Source: a bacterium
GTDB taxonomy: Bacteria > Patescibacteriota > UBA1384 > 2-12-FULL-50-11
Reading direction: 5' to 3'
Assembly (NCBI GenBank): GCA_021463485.1
Contig: JAJTYJ010000002.1
Location: forward strand, 108,638 to 172,637
Length of the DNA stretch: 64,000 nucleotides
Positions within the stretch are counted from its first letter, which is position 1. The number at the start of each line of letters is the position of its first letter. Made by a program: the position numbers and the translations under genes. The notes under the pieces are model-generated. The model was given only the letters and a program-made list of their open reading frames with translations, had not been told where the DNA came from and made no database searches. Shown here in pieces: positions 29,039 to 37,263 of this stretch.

Positions 29039-29974
29039 ATGAATATTCAGGAGAACGTCTCACTTGCTAACTACACAACGTTTAAAGTGGGTGGTCCGGC
29101 AAGGTATTTCTGCAACGTCGAAACGATCGAAGAGTTGCGTATGGCGCGTGATTTTGCCAATTCTAAAAACTGCCCGATCTTTGTTCTTGGCGCCGGGAGT
29201 AACGTGATTGCCTCGACAGCTGGTTTCGATGGGCTTGTTATTCACATCGATTTCAACTCAATTGAAGTAGACGGCAGGGTTATCCGCGCTGGTTCTGGAA
29301 GCCAGATGTACGATTTAGTTGACACGGCAGTTACGGCTGGGTTAGTTGGCCTGGAATGGGCGGGAGGACTGCCCGGAACGTTTGGCGGAGCGATTCGCGG
29401 TAACGCCGGCGCATTTAAGGGTGAAATTAAGGATACTATCCAATTCGTAACAGCGTTCTCTACTGCAACTGGCGAGATAAAGATTTTCGATAACCCCACG
29501 TGCGAGTTTGAGTATCGGGAAAGTTACTTTAAACGTCATCCGGTATGGGTGATTCTTAACGCAGAGTTATTGTTGAGTTCTGGTAACACTGAACAACTAC
29601 GATCGATCGCTGACGAACATATCGAGTTTCGTAAAACCAGACACCCACTCGAATATCCTAACGCTGGGTCGATGTTTAAAAATGTTCCGATCCAGACGAT
29701 CCCAACAGCAACGATGGAATTATTCAAAGACTTTGTAAAAATCGATCCGTTTCCAGTAGTCCCGACGGGCAAGATTATTCAAGACGCGGGGCTGAAAGGC
29801 TACCAAGTTGGGGGAGCGCAAGTTTCAGAAAAACACTGTAATTACATCGTTAACCGCGGTAACGCCAGTGGAGAGGATATACACCAGTTGGTGCTTGAGA
29901 TTAAAAAACAAGTACACGATAAATTTGGGATAAAGCTCGAGACTGAGCCGGAATTTCTCGGGTTTGACACTTGA
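29039..29974 (+). CDS. murB: UDP-N-acetylenolpyruvoylglucosamine reductase
   Basis: FAD-binding PCMH domain (GAGSNV). Catalytic blocks GGAIRGNAGAFKGEI and NAGSMFKN are present. Length is 311 aa. Confidence 0.88.
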   Translation: MNIQENVSLANYTTFKVGGPARYFCNVETIEELRMARDFANSKNCPIFVLGAGSNVIASTAGFDGLVIHIDFNSIEVDGRVIRAGSGSQMYDLVDTAVTAGLVGLEWAGGLPGTFGGAIRGNAGAFKGEIKDTIQFVTAFSTATGEIKIFDNPTCEFEYRESYFKRHPVWVILNAELLLSSGNTEQLRSIADEHIEFRKTRHPLEYPNAGSMFKNVPIQTIPTATMELFKDFVKIDPFPVVPTGKIIQDAGLKGYQVGGAQVSEKHCNYIVNRGNASGEDIHQLVLEIKKQVHDKFGIKLETEPEFLGFDT

Positions 29975-30030
29975 TTCTTAGGTTTATCTGTGATAGTATT
30001 GCTCTCGTTTCGCACATCAAGGAAGAAAGT

Positions 30031-30495
30031 ATGAACACAGCATTTTTGCTTCTCGCGTTGCTTGGCGTTGGCCAACCCCAACCCGTCTCTGCGCCGGTTT
30101 ACCAGAAACGAATTCTGGTGATCCTCGACCTCCAGAAGGTCTACGCCTTTGAAGGCGACAAGCTTGTCTTCGAGTTAAAGTGTTCAACGGGCCGCAAGGG
30201 TCTTGAGACGCCGTTCTCCACAGGCGAGCCATACAAGATCACCGCGAAAATTCCGGTCGGCAAAGCCTTGCCGGAGCTCGGCGGCGCCACGCTGCACTGG
30301 CAGATGAGGGTGCCGATGTACGACCCTAAACAAAAACGGGTCCGTCGGATCGGCTTTCACGCCTATCACGACGTGCCGGACTTTCCGGCATCGAGCGGAT
30401 GCATCAGGCTCAAAAAGCCTGATGCAAAGAAGCTGTTTGATTGGGCAGAGGTCGGCGTACCCGTCTGGGTGCACGAGACAGTGCCCATCTGCTAA
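30031..30495 (+). CDS. L,D-transpeptidase (YkuD domain), secreted, GC-rich
   Basis: Start taken at MNTAFLLLALLG, with AGGAAG upstream. Catalytic signature FHAYHDVPDFPASSGCIRL (H…SxGC[IV]R). GC is clearly above the genome background. Confidence 0.75.
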   Translation: MNTAFLLLALLGVGQPQPVSAPVYQKRILVILDLQKVYAFEGDKLVFELKCSTGRKGLETPFSTGEPYKITAKIPVGKALPELGGATLHWQMRVPMYDPKQKRVRRIGFHAYHDVPDFPASSGCIRLKKPDAKKLFDWAEVGVPVWVHETVPIC

Positions 30496-30522
30496 CGCTT
30501 TCCGTCCTCCGTTCCACCTCCA

Positions 30523-30551
30523 CCCGGGCTTCGGCCCGGGCTTTTTTATTG
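30523..30551 (+). terminator. Rho-independent terminator
   Basis: cccgggcttcggcccggg hairpin plus TTTTTTATT. Confidence 0.65.
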
Positions 30552-30555
30552 CCAA

Positions 30556-31017
30556 TACTTGACGAGAGGGTGTATTATTTTCTCACGGTTCACGACATGA
30601 ACTGTGTTCTTTCGACTGTGTGGGAGTTGAGGGTATGATAGCGACTTTAACTGTTGCAGTGGCGATTCAGTTCGCCGTACCGGCAGCATTGCCGAATCTC
30701 ATCACTTCCGCACCTCGCCGAGTGATCGTAACCAGAAACAGTACGGAGGCTGTTCTACCAAGCGGCTCGAGTGCACTTTCGAGCGACCGGCGTCCACAAA
30801 ACGCCGCCGTTATCGGACCTCGCCGCCAGACCCGTGCTTTGACTACTCCCAGGACGAGACCGTCTCAGGGAAGAGTGATCACCTACGAGGTGCCCGGCAC
30901 TTGACGGTGCCCCCAGAAGTCCAGGAATGGGCACGCTGGGGGCACCCCTTCCAAAGCTTGAACCTCCTTGTGGAGCCGAGCTCCCCCCGAACCATCCGGT
31001 CTCGGGGGATTTTTTAT
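30556..31017 (+). other. GC-rich promoter-to-terminator unit of unknown function (candidate leader RNA, ncRNA, or 94-aa secreted peptide gene 30620-30904)
   Basis: TTGACG at 30559. A strong intrinsic terminator (ccccccgaaccatccggtctcggggg plus T-run) sits at 30983-31017, immediately before the start codon of the next gene. There is an internal perfect 11-bp inverted repeat, ggtgcccccag…ctgggggcacc (30906-30945). The best ORF has an RBS but encodes a low-complexity basic peptide. Confidence 0.3.
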
Positions 31018-31031
31018 AGTAAGATACGGAC

Positions 31032-31544
31032 ATGCTTACCGTTCCCCATGCGCTTACTGGTGTTGCAATCGGCGTACTAGTAAAAGACGCTACAGCTGCA
31101 CCGCTTGTTGCCTTTGGTCTGGGCTGGGCGTCGCATTATGTGCTCGATACAATCCCGCACTGGGAGCGTTTGTACCGACCGCACGACGAAATTAAATTTG
31201 ATACGGATCAATCGGCGCGCGATTGGCCAAAGCACATCTTTGTCCAAGCAGTCTTAGACGTACTGATAGCTACTGGGCTGATTTTGTGGATCTATCAAAG
31301 CAGAGCTGAAGTTGGGAGCGTGATGCTTTGGGGCGCGTTAGGTGCCGTGTTACCGGATTTGCTCGATAACGTGCCGTTTTGGAATAGAACGCTTCGCCGT
31401 TTACCGTTCTTCTCGCAAGAACAGAAATTTCACGACTCAATTCATATTAACGAAGAAACGCAGCGACAAGTGCCAAAAATCTTAGGGCTTCTAACGCAAG
31501 TAACCGTTGTTGCTATTAGTCTGTTTATTATTTTCGCCGCGTAA
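31032..31544 (+). CDS. Membrane-bound metal-dependent hydrolase-like protein (YdjM/DUF457-like), tentative
   Basis: 170 aa with 4 TM helices and a His-rich N-terminal block HYVLDTIPHWERLYRPHDE. Confidence 0.3.
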   Translation: MLTVPHALTGVAIGVLVKDATAAPLVAFGLGWASHYVLDTIPHWERLYRPHDEIKFDTDQSARDWPKHIFVQAVLDVLIATGLILWIYQSRAEVGSVMLWGALGAVLPDLLDNVPFWNRTLRRLPFFSQEQKFHDSIHINEETQRQVPKILGLLTQVTVVAISLFIIFAA

Positions 31545-31569
31545 TCGGTGCTTCTGCTAGACTTACGAT

Positions 31570-31770
31570 ATGGGGATAATTCTCAAAATAATTGTACTGA
31601 TTGTCGGGCTGGCAGCGGGAGTAGCGATGCTGACACATAGTTATCAGTTAACACATCTATTCGGTTATAACTCGCTCGCTGAACGCTACCTTGGTACGGA
31701 TGGAACATACTCGATGTGGAAGATCCTCGGCGCGCTGACGATCATCGGAGCCGTTTTATATGTTTTTTAG
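31570..31770 (+). CDS. Hypothetical small membrane protein
   Basis: 66 aa with two TM helices. The 3' end overlaps the next ORF. Confidence 0.3.
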   Translation: MGIILKIIVLIVGLAAGVAMLTHSYQLTHLFGYNSLAERYLGTDGTYSMWKILGALTIIGAVLYVF

Positions 31771-32122
31771 AAAAGTACTGACTTGGATAGTATTTGTAGC
31801 GTTCTTTACGTTCGTCTTATTGATGTTTGTGACTCCCATTTTCCCAATTTTTAGCTGGGCACTGCCGTTAACAGCTGGGGATGGACAGTACATTATTTTC
31901 TTCGTCCTTGTATTGTTAATCTCGTTGCTCTCGCTTGCTCAAAAAATTGATTTTTGGCACGAAGCAAAGACCCCAAAGATTTGGGACGGTACAGAGGTTC
32001 CAAACAGCGCTAAGCCTATGATGTCCAAAATAATTTCGGCTGCAATTTGGTACAACATTGGTGTATCGGTGCTTTTTATACTAATCGCCATTGTTGGATT
32101 AGGTATCGTAATTACTCGATAA
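31760..32122 (+). CDS. Hypothetical membrane protein
   Basis: 120 aa with 3 TM helices. Confidence 0.3.
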   Translation: MFFRKVLTWIVFVAFFTFVLLMFVTPIFPIFSWALPLTAGDGQYIIFFVLVLLISLLSLAQKIDFWHEAKTPKIWDGTEVPNSAKPMMSKIISAAIWYNIGVSVLFILIAIVGLGIVITR

Positions 32123-32157
32123 TCTCCTTCGGATTAGATATAATACATAAGACTTTT

Positions 32158-32219
32158 GGGCCGTTAGCTCATCGCGAGCATAAGCGAGCGAGAGTAACGG
32201 CCCGAGTGCTAGCTCGGGA
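32158..32219 (+). repeat. Hairpin pair carrying a 15-nt duplicate of the tRNA-Ala 5' end (GGGCCGTTAGCTCAT)
   Basis: GGGCCGTTA…TAACGGCCC forms a 9-bp stem (32158-32204). It is followed by the palindrome cccgagtgctagctcggg. The first 15 nt are identical to nt 1-15 of tRNA-Ala, which lies 116 nt downstream. Confidence 0.4.
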
Positions 32220-32273
32220 GTTAGCTCATATTGAAACTTTATGTTGAGATAGGGCAAGGCACGAACGAAGTAA

Positions 32274-32346
32274 GGGCCGTTAGCTCATTTGGTAGAGCGC
32301 CGCATTTGCACTGCGGAGGTGTGGGGTTCGAATCCCCAACGGTCCA
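32274..32346 (+). tRNA. tRNA-Ala (anticodon UGC)
   Basis: Cloverleaf: acceptor GGGCCGT/ACGGTCC with the G3:U70 Ala identity pair, anticodon loop TTTGCAC, T-arm TGGGG-TTCGAAT-CCCCA. 73 nt, no encoded CCA. Confidence 0.9.
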
Positions 32347-32354
32347 CAACAAAA

Positions 32355-32382
32355 TTAAAGAAAAGCCCCTTGCGGGGCGGAT
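32355..32382 (-). terminator. Rho-independent terminator for the minus-strand dcd-like gene
   Basis: On the minus strand, gccccgcaaggggc is followed by TTTTCTTT. Confidence 0.55.
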
Positions 32383-32383
32383 G

Positions 32384-33388
32384 TTATGACTCCCATGGTC
32401 GGAACTGCTTGGCAAGCGTAATGCCTTGCTGCCCTTGGTAGTGTGACTTACTGCGATTTGCAGAGTTCTCGCCGTAAACTTGGTCTGGTACGTCATCGAG
32501 GCGTTCGAAACGCAGGATACTTATGCGTCGTCCATTCGCCAGCTGTGCGGCACCAGCACCAACGTTGGTGATCTCACAGACTATTGTTGAGCCGTTGAGC
32601 TCGCCATGTCGTCCGTGCCCGAAGCCAGGATCTATGAAGCCGGCATCGTGATAGCGGATTTCGCCATGAGCGGGATTGAACGGCATCATTTCAGCGCAGT
32701 AGCCCGGTGGAATCCGAACGTGTTCACGCGTTCTTGCCAATGCGAATTGCCTTGGTTCGAGATGGATAATGCCGCGGGCATCAAGTCCCTTGTCGTAAAA
32801 GTATTGTCCCGGATACTGAGAACGTCTTTCCCAAAGGGGGAGAGTTCTGCGAGTGTCGTGAGCGACCAAGATCGCCGGTTCTCCGGTCAAATCCAAATGG
32901 AGCATCATTCCCTCGTCGCAGAAAACCGGCTCGCAGTCAGTATTTCCGATTAGAGGCGACTGTCTATGAAGGTGTTCAAGCTCCCAACCCTGGAGAAATC
33001 GTCGCTTGCCACTGACAATCCTCAGTTGAGCCAGCGTCTCCGTTTGGCGGATATTGACCGGGAAAATGCGCGGCGTAATAAGCAAGTACAACTTGCCTCT
33101 ATAGCCGGCTGGAACTGCGTCAAATTCCTTACCGTTCTCGCAGATGAGCTTGCAGTGGATCGCGTTGCGGCCCGTTGAACTTTTCGGATTGGCGAAAGCT
33201 GAAAGCGTCGAAGGCAGGTGGCACTCCATATCTAGTTGCGCTAGGTATGTCTGGCCTGGTGAAAGCGTCAGCGACTTCCCATCGAAGTTGTTGAGATCAA
33301 ACTTCGTTTGTTGGTAATGCTTGATGAAGAACTTTTCGATAGTGACGTTTGCACTGAGGTCTGGTTCTCCGGCGACTAGACGGATCAC
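32384..33388 (-). CDS. dCTP deaminase/dUTPase-superfamily protein, long (334 aa) form, GC-rich
   Basis: The C-terminal block YHDAGFIDPGFGHGRHGELNGSTIVCEITNVGAGAAQLANGRRISILRF matches the Dcd/dUTPase beta-barrel motif (GxIDPGF…E…N…QL). GC is high. Confidence 0.5.
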   Translation of the reverse strand: MIRLVAGEPDLSANVTIEKFFIKHYQQTKFDLNNFDGKSLTLSPGQTYLAQLDMECHLPSTLSAFANPKSSTGRNAIHCKLICENGKEFDAVPAGYRGKLYLLITPRIFPVNIRQTETLAQLRIVSGKRRFLQGWELEHLHRQSPLIGNTDCEPVFCDEGMMLHLDLTGEPAILVAHDTRRTLPLWERRSQYPGQYFYDKGLDARGIIHLEPRQFALARTREHVRIPPGYCAEMMPFNPAHGEIRYHDAGFIDPGFGHGRHGELNGSTIVCEITNVGAGAAQLANGRRISILRFERLDDVPDQVYGENSANRSKSHYQGQQGITLAKQFRPWES

Positions 33389-33574
33389 GTTCGTGATCGG
33401 CAGATCGATTGATGCGGCCTGGATGTATTGGGGGCGACAACCAAAGACGGTCGGCTGCCCTCGGTAAGACTACGAATTTGTTTGTCGACTAAGACTCCCA
33501 TAGTTGCTCCTGATTGTGATGTGCGACTGCACTGCCGACAGTATATCCGTTAGTGGCTGAATATCAATGAGTAT

Positions 33575-33603
33575 AAAAGAAACCGCCCTTACGGGCGGTG
33601 GGT
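33575..33603 (-). terminator. Rho-independent terminator (minus strand)
   Basis: ccgcccgtaagggcgg hairpin followed by TTTCTTTT on the minus strand. Confidence 0.55.
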
Positions 33604-34038
33604 CTGGTCTGGCACGTTTGTGAGATCTTGAATCTCACGGACGTACCAGAGATGGTCGTCGTTGGGAGGCTTGACCTCCGATGCCGCGTAAACGAGGCGG
33701 TAGTCGTTCAGCATTGCTCTGATCTCGGCCTGCTCGCTGAAGCTAATTTCGCGACAGCCCGAACTTAAGATTGAGTAGAGCCTTGTCAGCTGCGCGTCAA
33801 TCAGTTTCAGGAAATTGAAGAGGATGACCACGTCTTGGCCTCTTAACCCCTTGCCTCGCTGTTCGAGCTCGGTGCGCATATTGATGAGCGCGTGGCAGGC
33901 GCCGCACAGGTGTTGCCCGAGTTTGTCAGTTCGAGTCAGTTCACGCACGAGGACGTCGCCGTGATTAGTTGAATCCGCCGCTTGTTGGGGCACTGCGGCG
34001 AACAAGTTCTGAATGAATCGCCAGATGGAAAGGAACAT
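33589..34038 (-). CDS. Hypothetical protein (GC-rich island)
   Basis: 149-aa ORF with high GC. I recognise no family. Confidence 0.35.
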   Translation of the reverse strand: MFLSIWRFIQNLFAAVPQQAADSTNHGDVLVRELTRTDKLGQHLCGACHALINMRTELEQRGKGLRGQDVVILFNFLKLIDAQLTRLYSILSSGCREISFSEQAEIRAMLNDYRLVYAASEVKPPNDDHLWYVREIQDLTNVPDQTHRP

Positions 34039-34170
34039 TTTTCACCTCACGCCGAACCGTTGTGCATAGTTTACCTAATTTTAGTTGGTATGTCACCGGT
34101 TTTACACTAAATACTCTGGATTTTCTTATTAGTTCTCGCTAGAATGCCCTAGCACATTAATAGGAGTGGA

Positions 34171-35007
34171 ATGAACAGTCTCACGCTAACGCATTCAGTA
34201 ACCATCAAGGGTCGAAACTTATTTGGCCTGCCGTCAAGCATTACCTTTCATCCGGGACCGCTCGATAACCCGGGTTGGTATTGGCTAGATCGCGGTCGAC
34301 TTGTACCGATCACTAGCGTCATGGCAACGACGAAAAAACGCCGGATCGTGTTGGAGATGAGCTTCACCAAGCAGCTCCAAGTGTTCGAGCATATCGGATT
34401 TCTGCGCTGGATGGGGTTTAGTAACCTCGTGATTGAAGCCAATGGTTGGCCGCCGTTTTGCGGCGGGGCGCTGTTCTACTACGAACGTCTGCGAGGAGTA
34501 GCGGTTGTAAGATCCGAGAAAGTCTCGCACCGCACGGTTACCGGTCTTTGTGACTGGATTTACCCTCAAAAAAGGCAAGAGCGATGGGGGGTCGAGATCT
34601 GGCCCGGGAATAGCCCGACGCTGCAGATCAACATCGAGTGCGACTTTCCTGGGGAACTCGGCAAGTTCAGTAAAGAGCTCTCACTGCCAAACGACGATTT
34701 ACTAATGGAAATCCTTCAGGCGAACACTGTCGGGTTACCCCACTGGCTCTACTGGCCAGCACGAGCTCTGCTGCCAAGAAAGTCTCGATCAATCGGCTGG
34801 GTTAAACAACTCGGCGTTGAGCAATTCCGAGAACGAATGCTGCTGCATCGAGCGCAAGATCTGCTAGGTGCACTGAGTTTTCTCTGCGACGGCAACCATC
34901 TATTCGCCGGTAGCGTTAAATCTCGGTGCGCTGGTCATGAGGCAGATATCTACGCTGTTCGCGACGCTTCGACGAAGCTCCGTTCGCTTTCCGTTCAGTT
35001 GCGCTAG
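34171..35007 (+). CDS. LpxC-family (UDP-3-O-acyl-GlcNAc deacetylase-like) zinc amidase, GC-rich
   Basis: It aligns block by block with LpxC. The N-terminal stretch TLTHSVTIKGRNLFGLPSSITFHPGPLDNPGWYWLDRGRL corresponds to LpxC TLKRIVQATGVGLHTG…RRTDL. VFEHIGFL…NLVIEANG…PPFCGG covers the EH and DGSA blocks. LLHRAQDLLGAL corresponds to HKMLDAIGDL (the HxxxD zinc site). CAGHEAD carries the second His. GGAGTGG lies upstream of the ATG. Confidence 0.6.
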   Translation: MNSLTLTHSVTIKGRNLFGLPSSITFHPGPLDNPGWYWLDRGRLVPITSVMATTKKRRIVLEMSFTKQLQVFEHIGFLRWMGFSNLVIEANGWPPFCGGALFYYERLRGVAVVRSEKVSHRTVTGLCDWIYPQKRQERWGVEIWPGNSPTLQINIECDFPGELGKFSKELSLPNDDLLMEILQANTVGLPHWLYWPARALLPRKSRSIGWVKQLGVEQFRERMLLHRAQDLLGALSFLCDGNHLFAGSVKSRCAGHEADIYAVRDASTKLRSLSVQLR

Positions 35008-35014
35008 GCACCGC

Positions 35015-35878
35015 CTAGCGCTTTTTTTGACAGTCTGGGCAAAAATGACTTGATCGGCCGGCGATTTTAATCCGTTCGATCGGTGTACCACAGACGGTGC
35101 AAGGCATCCCTTCTCTTTTATAAACGTTGGCGACGGCTAGATAGGTTCCCATTCTGCCGTCCGCTTGTCGGTAGCTCTGGCTGCTGGTACCGCCGTGCTT
35201 TAAGGCTTTATTAAGTACTGTTGGGATATTTTTGAAAATTGTTTGGATTTCGTTCGGTTCTAATTCATTTACTCTAGTTTGAGGATGAATTCTCGATAAA
35301 AATAGCGTTTCGTCGGCGTATATATTTCCGATCCCAGCCACAATTGTTTGATCTAGGAGTAATTGTTTGACGGTAATTGTTTTTTTACGAGCCAGTTTTT
35401 TCGTAAAATACTCAAGTGAAAATTCAGGCCAGTCGTATTCTGGTCCTAGCGTATGAACGTGCGGCTCAATTTGTTCGGCAGAATCCACCACTTTAATCCA
35501 ACCGAACTTGCGAAGATCGTTGAAATAAAGTTTACCGTGATCTAACTCAAAAATTACATGAGTGTGTTTATGTGGTAGAGAAAACGAGTACGCCGGGTCT
35601 GGGTGACCGCCGACTACCATATCTTGTTCGGTTGCGCCATTGGGAACAAATATCAGCTGTCCAGTCATTTTTAAATGTATAAGCAAGAAACTGCGTTCAA
35701 GTTTGATAATTAATATTTTGGCCCGTCGAGCGATTTCGACAACTGCTTGGTTGGTAATAGTTTCGGGATTGCCAAAGAACAGTTTTTTACCCCGAACATC
35801 GACCGAACGAATTCGATGTCCAACCAACATTTTTTCTAATCCGACCCGGATGGTTTCAACCTCTGGTAGTTCTGGCAT
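35015..35878 (-). CDS. fpg: Formamidopyrimidine-DNA glycosylase
   Basis: N-terminal MPELPEVE with catalytic Pro2, an H2TH region, and a C-terminal zinc finger CTVCGTPIERIKIAGRSSHFCPDCQ. The true start is taken at the second Met. Confidence 0.9.
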   Translation of the reverse strand: MPELPEVETIRVGLEKMLVGHRIRSVDVRGKKLFFGNPETITNQAVVEIARRAKILIIKLERSFLLIHLKMTGQLIFVPNGATEQDMVVGGHPDPAYSFSLPHKHTHVIFELDHGKLYFNDLRKFGWIKVVDSAEQIEPHVHTLGPEYDWPEFSLEYFTKKLARKKTITVKQLLLDQTIVAGIGNIYADETLFLSRIHPQTRVNELEPNEIQTIFKNIPTVLNKALKHGGTSSQSYRQADGRMGTYLAVANVYKREGMPCTVCGTPIERIKIAGRSSHFCPDCQKKR

Positions 35879-35960
35879 TTGAGGGGATTGTGGCAAAAAC
35901 GAGGGTAAAAAAATAGGGCGGCTCCGCAGTTGTCTGCGTGCCGCCCGGTGAGCCGAAGCT

Positions 35961-37136
35961 CTAGTTGATGGTGATCTCGACCTTGACGGTGTGGGGCCAG
36001 TGGTCCGCGATCGCCGACCAAACGTCGTAGCCGGCGAACGCCCAGTTGTAGAAACCAGGTTCGAGCGTCATCGTCTCGTTGTTGGCGAAGGTCAGTGTGA
36101 TGTTGGTCTCGTGCCACCCCGGGTTGCCGTTGTCGAACATCAACTGCGCCACGCTTTCGAGCCCGTTGGCTACGAATAGCGATTGGAAGTTCATGTCGTC
36201 GAGACGACAAACACGGTGAGTTGTCGAGCGCCCGTTGGCGTTGACGACGAGGTTGATCCACTGCGTCTCGCGAGTTCGTTCGACGAGGATGCCCGTGTTT
36301 CGATCTTGAGCGATACCACCCTGGAATTCTCCGGCCGGGACTGCCAACTTGAAGCTACCCCAGAAGGGATCTCTGACAAAGGCAACCACTCGGGCTGGTG
36401 AAACCGGCATACCGTTGAACGGTGAGCCGTCCCAGTTGAGTGGATGACCAAAGCCAACTGACTCGTTCTTGTTGAGATCGTGCGTCAGTGTTCCGATCGC
36501 GAACATCTTCACTAGCGGGCCGTCGAACGGCACAACTGCCATTGACTTGCCGGCGATCAGCTCAAAACCCGGTCCGCCACGAGTGGCTGCGTGGGCTTGA
36601 CTGGTCGGACCAGCGTCGATGAAGTGGATGTTGCTCTCCTTGAACTTGTTGACTGCGCGATCCGACACCCCAACGCCGAACCATGCCAACTTTGTCTGGA
36701 ATGACTGGTTCGAAGCGCTGGCTTGACGGCCGACTGCACTGAGCATCTTGTCTACCGGCGTAATGAGGACGTTGTCCCCACCGTAGGAGCCGGAGAGGGC
36801 TCCGATAGTGTGGCCGTCTGGTGTCAGGATCGGAGATCCCGAATCGCCGAAGCCGAATTTGGCGTCTGAGTCCTTGAAGGTCAGATAGTCGTTGGCGCCC
36901 GCAGTGTAGCGGTTGCCGAGCGTGATAGGAACGAAGACGATCCCACTCTCACGTTCGACCATGGCGAACGCGCGGTCACCGGCCTTGAGGGCGTTGATTT
37001 GGGTAGTGGTGAGGGGGACATCGCGAAAGGCGATGTTGGTGTTGGAACCGCTTCCGGTACCAGCACCGTTGCCTCCGCAGCCGACGAGGAGGAGGGCAAT
37101 CAGGATTGCCACGATGGATTGCGTAACTTTCTTCAT
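35961..37136 (-). CDS. Lipoprotein of unknown function carrying a GDSGSP motif (not a canonical chymotrypsin-fold protease)
   Basis: Lipobox MKKVTQSIVAILIALLLVGC. GDSGSPILT occurs only about 70 residues after the signal peptide. No His precedes it. GC is high. Confidence 0.45.
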   Translation of the reverse strand: MKKVTQSIVAILIALLLVGCGGNGAGTGSGSNTNIAFRDVPLTTTQINALKAGDRAFAMVERESGIVFVPITLGNRYTAGANDYLTFKDSDAKFGFGDSGSPILTPDGHTIGALSGSYGGDNVLITPVDKMLSAVGRQASASNQSFQTKLAWFGVGVSDRAVNKFKESNIHFIDAGPTSQAHAATRGGPGFELIAGKSMAVVPFDGPLVKMFAIGTLTHDLNKNESVGFGHPLNWDGSPFNGMPVSPARVVAFVRDPFWGSFKLAVPAGEFQGGIAQDRNTGILVERTRETQWINLVVNANGRSTTHRVCRLDDMNFQSLFVANGLESVAQLMFDNGNPGWHETNITLTFANNETMTLEPGFYNWAFAGYDVWSAIADHWPHTVKVEITIN

Positions 37137-37263
37137 GTTCAGGTTCGATCCTCCCGATGGTTCGGGTAACTCCGTTGAGTCGCGAGGAATAGTACCTGAA
37201 ACTACTTAAAAAGTCAATCAGTTAGGACGATATTTTACGTGTAAAAAAATACCCCCGAAGGGG

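Noticed and set aside
30620-30904. 94-aa ORF in the GC-rich unit as a confident small secreted protein
   Set aside because: It has an RBS and an N-terminal hydrophobic segment, but the rest is low-complexity, basic and Pro/Arg-rich, as expected from out-of-frame GC-rich sequence. It is kept only as an alternative explanation in the findings.
35961-37136. Initial call of trypsin-like serine protease based on GDSGSP
   Set aside because: No catalytic His or Asp precedes the Ser in the primary sequence. The canonical fold order is impossible. Downgraded to a lipoprotein of unknown function.
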